Shown here piece by piece: positions 59,610-64,000 of a DNA stretch of 64,000 nucleotides. The stretch spans positions 4,996 through 68,995 of the forward strand of contig DBYN01000006.1 in assembly GCA_002310415.1 (NCBI GenBank). Direction: 5' to 3'. How positions within the stretch are numbered: the stretch's first letter is position 1; every line of letters begins with the position of its first letter. Source of the DNA: Alphaproteobacteria bacterium UBA1185. Its GTDB lineage: Bacteria; Pseudomonadota; Alphaproteobacteria; Rs-D84. The translations under genes were made by a program, and so were the position numbers. Below the pieces are notes generated by a model. That model was given only the letters and a program-made list of their open reading frames with translations. It ran no database searches and had not been told where the DNA came from.

Positions 59610-60503
59610 ATGTCATCTGTATATGTTTTCCCTGGTCAAGGCTCACAAGCCGTTGGTATGGGACAAGATTTATATAACAACAATGTCGCTGCACGCGAAG
59701 TGTTCGATGTGGCTGATGCGGTATTGGGTGAAAAATTATCAGATGTTATTTTCAATGGCCCAATGGAAACTTTGACTTTGACTGCAAATGTTCAGCCTGC
59801 GATTTTAACAACATCAATCGCAATGTTTCGTGCATCGAATTTACAATTACCAGATTATGTTGCTGGACATTCTTTGGGGGAATATACTGCACTTTGTGTT
59901 GCTGGGGCGCTGTCTTTGGAAGATGCGGTTAAATTGGTTCGTCTGCGTGGCAAAGAAATGCAGAAAGCGGTACCTGCGGGTCAGGGCGCAATGGCTGTTG
60001 TTTTGGGTATGAACATAGAAACATTAAAAGATATTTGTGCAAAGGCAGAACAAGAAACCAATGGTGTATGTGATATAGCAAACGATAATTGTGATGGTCA
60101 AATTGTGATATCTGGTGCGACAAATGCAATTGAACGTGCCATGGAATTGGCAAAAGAAGCGGGTGCAAAACGTGCTATGAAATTGCCGTTGTCTGTGCCG
60201 CCACATTCAAGATTGATGGCACCTGTTGCAGAAAAAATGAAAATCGCATTAGATAATATAGAAATAAAAACACCAAGTGTTCCATTAATTTCAAATAAAA
60301 CCTGTCAGCCTATGACGGATATTAATGAAATAAAAGAATCTTTGATTTATCAAATCACACATGGTGTCCGCTGGCGTGAATCTGTATTGAATATGGTTGA
60401 TTTAGGTATAACAGATTTAACAGAAATCGGACCAGGGACTGCATTGATTGGTTTGGTTTCACGCATAACAGATAAAATAACCACACATAAATTGGAGATA
60501 TAA
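59610..60503 (+). CDS. fabD: Malonyl CoA-ACP transacylase
   Basis: FPGQGSQ, active site GHSLGEY, 297 aa. Confidence 0.95.
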   Translation: MSSVYVFPGQGSQAVGMGQDLYNNNVAAREVFDVADAVLGEKLSDVIFNGPMETLTLTANVQPAILTTSIAMFRASNLQLPDYVAGHSLGEYTALCVAGALSLEDAVKLVRLRGKEMQKAVPAGQGAMAVVLGMNIETLKDICAKAEQETNGVCDIANDNCDGQIVISGATNAIERAMELAKEAGAKRAMKLPLSVPPHSRLMAPVAEKMKIALDNIEIKTPSVPLISNKTCQPMTDINEIKESLIYQITHGVRWRESVLNMVDLGITDLTEIGPGTALIGLVSRITDKITTHKLEI

Positions 60504-60505
60504 AA

Positions 60506-61234
60506 ATGTTCGATTTAACAAACAAAGTTGTTTTGATTACTGGCGCCACGGGTGGTATTGGTGGCGAAATCGCCAAACAAATGAAAAACGCTGGCGCAAC
60601 AGTCGTTGTATCCGGTCGCAATTCTGAAAAATTGAACAAAGATTTTGGTAATAATTTTATAAAAATCGTGTCTGATTTGTCTGTTGATGGTGCAGCAGAA
60701 AAATTAATTAATGACACAATTGAAAAAACAGGTCGCATTGATATTTTAATCAACAATGCTGGTATTACCAAAGACACATTATTAATGCGTATGAATGATG
60801 AACAATTTGATGATGTTATAAACACTAATTTACGTGCAACATTTAAAATGTGTCGTGCTGCTATTATGCCGATGATAAAGCAAAAATTTGGTCGTATTAT
60901 AAATATGTCTTCTATCGTTGGTGTTGTTGGTGGTGCAGGTCAGGCGAATTATGCTGCATCAAAGGCTGGTATTATCGGTTTAACAAAATCTATCGCAACA
61001 GAGGTCGCATCACGTGGTATCACAGCGAATTGTATCGCACCGGGCTTTATAAAAACACCAATGACAGACGTATTAAGTGATGATTTAAAGAAAACTTATT
61101 TATCACAAATACCAGCGGGTCGTTTTGGTGAACCAAAAGATGTTGCAAATGCTTGCGTATTTTTAGCAAGTGATGAAGCATCATATATCAACGGACAAAC
61201 AATACATGTCAATGGCGGCATGGGGAGATTTTAA
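60506..61234 (+). CDS. fabG: 3-oxoacyl-ACP reductase
   Basis: TGATGGIG, NNAGIT, YAASKAG, typical 242-aa SDR following fabD. Confidence 0.9.
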   Translation: MFDLTNKVVLITGATGGIGGEIAKQMKNAGATVVVSGRNSEKLNKDFGNNFIKIVSDLSVDGAAEKLINDTIEKTGRIDILINNAGITKDTLLMRMNDEQFDDVINTNLRATFKMCRAAIMPMIKQKFGRIINMSSIVGVVGGAGQANYAASKAGIIGLTKSIATEVASRGITANCIAPGFIKTPMTDVLSDDLKKTYLSQIPAGRFGEPKDVANACVFLASDEASYINGQTIHVNGGMGRF

Positions 61235-61236
61235 TT

Positions 61237-61791
61237 ATGAAACCGCAAGAATTCAAACCATTACAAACAGTACGCCTTGATTTGAAACCGTTGGTTGCCA
61301 CATTTGATTTTGCAAAACAAATTTTTGATATAATCGATAAAAATCGGGAATATTTTAAATTTATGCCTTTTGCTGATGTAAAACAACCAGAACAAGAATT
61401 TGATTTTTTACGTAGTGCAGAAAAAGGTTGGAAAAATAATTCGAAATCAACGTATGGTTTATATCTGCGTGAAAATGGCGATTTTGTTGGTGTGTGTACT
61501 ATGTTTGCAATTGATTGGGAAAACGAGAGTGGCGAAATAGGTTATTGGTTAAACCCAAAATATGCACGCCAAGGTTTTATGAGCGAAGCTGTTCATGCAA
61601 TTGAACAAGAGTTTTCTAATATGGGTTTTAAACGTATCGTTATAACCGCAAACATAGAAAACATAGCATCTTGTAAAACTGCTGAAAAATGTGGTTTTGA
61701 ACGCGAGGGTGTCATGCGCGCTTGGGTATTTAACAAAATATTGAACAAGCGTGAAAATATGGCTTTGTATGCGAAAATAAATACTAAATAG
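61237..61791 (+). CDS. GNAT N-acetyltransferase (RimJ/RimL-like)
   Basis: [21 protein letters not shown]...[21 protein letters not shown]. Confidence 0.8.
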   Translation: MKPQEFKPLQTVRLDLKPLVATFDFAKQIFDIIDKNREYFKFMPFADVKQPEQEFDFLRSAEKGWKNNSKSTYGLYLRENGDFVGVCTMFAIDWENESGEIGYWLNPKYARQGFMSEAVHAIEQEFSNMGFKRIVITANIENIASCKTAEKCGFEREGVMRAWVFNKILNKRENMALYAKINTK

Positions 61792-61793
61792 AT

Positions 61794-63449
61794 ATGCAAA
61801 ATTTTGATGTGATTGTTATTGGGGGTGGACATGCAGGGATAGAAGCAGCAACTGCATCTGCACGTCGTGGTGCAAAAACATTGTTAATCACAATGCGCGA
61901 AAGCGATATTGGTGCGATGTCTTGTAATCCGTCTATTGGGGGACCAGGTAAATCACAAATGGTTGCCGAAATGGCGGCAATGGGTGGTGTTATGCCGTTT
62001 GCAGCGGACAAAGCAGGTATTCATTGGCGAACATTAAATGCAACACATGGCGCGGCAACCCAGGCATTACGCGCACAAATAGATAGAAATTTTTATCATG
62101 ATGCAGTTATGAATATTTTGCATACGGCAGAAAACCTGACCGTTGTGTTTGAATCTGTTTTTGATTTGGATATTGAAAATAAAATTGTAAATAAAAAATA
62201 TTCTGCCAAAGCGATTGTTTTAACAACTGGAACTTTTTTGGGTGGACTTGTTACACGTGGAAGCGAAAAAATTCAATCTGGTCGTTTAATGGATAATGGT
62301 GAATATCAAGAAAACGACACCAATATTTCAAGCGTGTTGAAAAAATTTGGTTTTGATTTATTGCGGTTAAAAACTGGAACACCTGCGCGCATATATCGTA
62401 ATTCTATTGATTTTTCTGTGTGCGAAGAACAGCCCGGTGATTATCCACATGATTGGTTTGGGTTGGGTAATGATAATAATAAATATGCCGAAAAATGTTT
62501 TATTACTCATACAACCGAAACAACTCATGACATTATTCGTGATAATATAAAAAATGCACCAATGTATAATGGTGACATTGTCGGTCTGGGGCCACGTTAT
62601 TGTCCATCATTGGAAGACAAAGTTATGCGTTTTCCAGAACATAAAACACATCATGTATTTTTAGAACCAGAAGGTTTCAACAGCGATTTAATTTATCCAA
62701 ACGGTATTTCAACCAGTTTTGGAAGTGATATTCAAGAAAAATGGATACGCACTATACCAGGTTTAGAGAACGCAAAAATTGCAAGATACGGATATGCAAT
62801 CGAATATGATGCAATTGATGCACGTGCTTTGAAATCAACACTGGAATCAAAAGATATAACTGGTTTATTTTTTGCCGGTCAAATCAACGGGACCAGTGGA
62901 TACGAAGAAGCCGCCGCCCAGGGTTTGGTTGCAGGCGCAAATGCTGCTGCATTTGCATTAAACAAACAACCACTGATTTTAGACAGAACAAATTCTATGA
63001 TTGGTGTTTTGATTGATGACATAACAACACTGGGGGTTGATGAACCATATCGCATGTTTACTTCGCGTGCAGAATACAGATTAAATTTACGCGCAGATAA
63101 TGCAATATTAAGATTAGGTAATACAGCAGAATCCCTGGATTTAATTACAAAAGATTTACATGAAAAAATCAAAAAATTACGTGAAGAAACTGCAATACAA
63201 AACGATAAATTTTATGCTGGATATATTTCACGAAACGAACGCGAAATTGCAAATTATAAAAAAGATGCAGAATTAAAAATTCCACGTGATTTCGATTATA
63301 AATCTTTACCTGGTTTAACAAATGAACTGATTGAAAAAATGACCAAGACAAGACCCGAAACAATCGCATCACTGTCCAGAATACCTGGTATGACACCGGC
63401 TGGAATAATGGTTGTGCTTCGCCGATTAAGATGTGGAAAAAAAGATTAA
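61794..63449 (+). CDS. mnmG: tRNA uridine 5-carboxymethylaminomethyl modification enzyme MnmG (GidA)
   Basis: [19 protein letters not shown] motif, [32 protein letters not shown]-terminal [11 protein letters not shown]. 551 aa, somewhat short for the family. Confidence 0.9.
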   Translation: MQNFDVIVIGGGHAGIEAATASARRGAKTLLITMRESDIGAMSCNPSIGGPGKSQMVAEMAAMGGVMPFAADKAGIHWRTLNATHGAATQALRAQIDRNFYHDAVMNILHTAENLTVVFESVFDLDIENKIVNKKYSAKAIVLTTGTFLGGLVTRGSEKIQSGRLMDNGEYQENDTNISSVLKKFGFDLLRLKTGTPARIYRNSIDFSVCEEQPGDYPHDWFGLGNDNNKYAEKCFITHTTETTHDIIRDNIKNAPMYNGDIVGLGPRYCPSLEDKVMRFPEHKTHHVFLEPEGFNSDLIYPNGISTSFGSDIQEKWIRTIPGLENAKIARYGYAIEYDAIDARALKSTLESKDITGLFFAGQINGTSGYEEAAAQGLVAGANAAAFALNKQPLILDRTNSMIGVLIDDITTLGVDEPYRMFTSRAEYRLNLRADNAILRLGNTAESLDLITKDLHEKIKKLREETAIQNDKFYAGYISRNEREIANYKKDAELKIPRDFDYKSLPGLTNELIEKMTKTRPETIASLSRIPGMTPAGIMVVLRRLRCGKKD

Positions 63450-63461
63450 AGGAGTAAAATT

Positions 63462-64000
63462 ATGCGTTTATATATTCTTGCACCAAACGGAAATGATTTT
63501 TCAAATTCACAAATGGAGAAATTATATACGGTATATTCCGAGATTATTTTTGTTGACAAGGTTATGAGGTTTTCCGAATTACCAAAAATAAATGATGATA
63601 CAAACAAGGTTTTTGCTATTGACCCCGATTTTTGTGATTGGAACATACCAAACTATGCATTAGACACAAATGGATTAAAAGCAATTTGTTTAGATACAAC
63701 ATCATACTCTTGGGTTGATTTAGAATACGCAAAAACAAAAAATATAATCATCACAAATGTTCGACATTGGTCTACAAATGCCGTTGCAGAACAAGGCATT
63801 TTAATGGCGTTAATGTTGGCAAGAAAAATACCATTATTAACACAAAACAATATGCAAATAAACTTTGCAACTATGCGCGGAACAGAATTACACAGCAAAA
63901 CAGCCGGTATCATTGGGCTTGGTCATATTGGGACACGTTTGTGTGAGTTGTTAAAAGGTATAGGAATGAAGGTTGTTTACTGGTCTGCACACAGTCAAAA
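63462..64000 (+). CDS. D-isomer-specific 2-hydroxyacid dehydrogenase family protein (3' end beyond the window)
   Basis: Missing from the ORF track (runs off the edge). ATG at 63462 after AAAGGAG. My translation is MRLYILAPNGNDF...HWSTNAVAEQGILMALMLARK...TAGIIGLGHIGTRLCELLKGIGMKVVYW (NAD-binding GxGxxG). Confidence 0.7.
   Translation, partial: MRLYILAPNGNDFSNSQMEKLYTVYSEIIFVDKVMRFSELPKINDDTNKVFAIDPDFCDWNIPNYALDTNGLKAICLDTTSYSWVDLEYAKTKNIIITNVRHWSTNAVAEQGILMALMLARKIPLLTQNNMQINFATMRGTELHSKTAGIIGLGHIGTRLCELLKGIGMKVVYWSAHSQ

Overview
AT-rich, gene-dense chromosomal segment of a Gram-negative bacterium. All calls come from reading the sequence and the ORF translations; no searches were run, so family names rest on remembered motifs. 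I call about 60 CDS and 3 tRNA genes. I saw no rRNA, CRISPR array, transposase, integrase or phage genes. The code is standard: TGA is a stop in ATGA gene junctions and Trp is TGG. Most genes are housekeeping: rluD, dnaX, thyX, infB, nusA, lptF/G-lptD-surA-like, rlmN, ybaB, pnp, gpsA, rsmG-parA-parB, pal, udg, infC, xseB, mutS, truB, rpsO, a tolC/MFP/ABC efflux operon, recF, alpha-type sspB, accBC, yidD-rnpA, mreB, metG, queH, fabD-fabG, mnmG. The alpha-type SspB, a DUF4167 protein, rsmG-parA-parB, thyX and heavily scrambled operons suggest a reduced-genome alphaproteobacterium, possibly a Rickettsiales/Holosporales-like symbiont; this is inference only. Blocks of secreted or surface proteins with no family I recognise sit between the core genes. 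(1) 1-2081: a truncated secreted protein built from a repeated 4-Cys motif. (2) 4168-8019: three paralogous 400-450 aa proteins with type IV prepilin-like N-termini. A normal-sized pilin-like gene plus an OmpA lipoprotein lies at 10104-11245. (3) 21996-26644: a tandem three-gene family (signal peptide, Cys, glycine-zipper helix, coiled coil, variable Cys modules) whose two large members share a 146-nt almost identical core. (4) 29698-34691: a lysozyme-motif/TPR protein convergent with an 1133-aa protein combining Listeria-Bacteroides repeats and BspA-type repeats. Upstream of the latter is an unusual 370-nt intergenic region with a perfect 20-nt palindrome, a 12-bp inverted repeat and a GC-rich island. 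The best candidates for something undescribed are the giant pilin-like operon and the tandem glycine-zipper/Cys-module family. Neither can be assigned a function from sequence alone.
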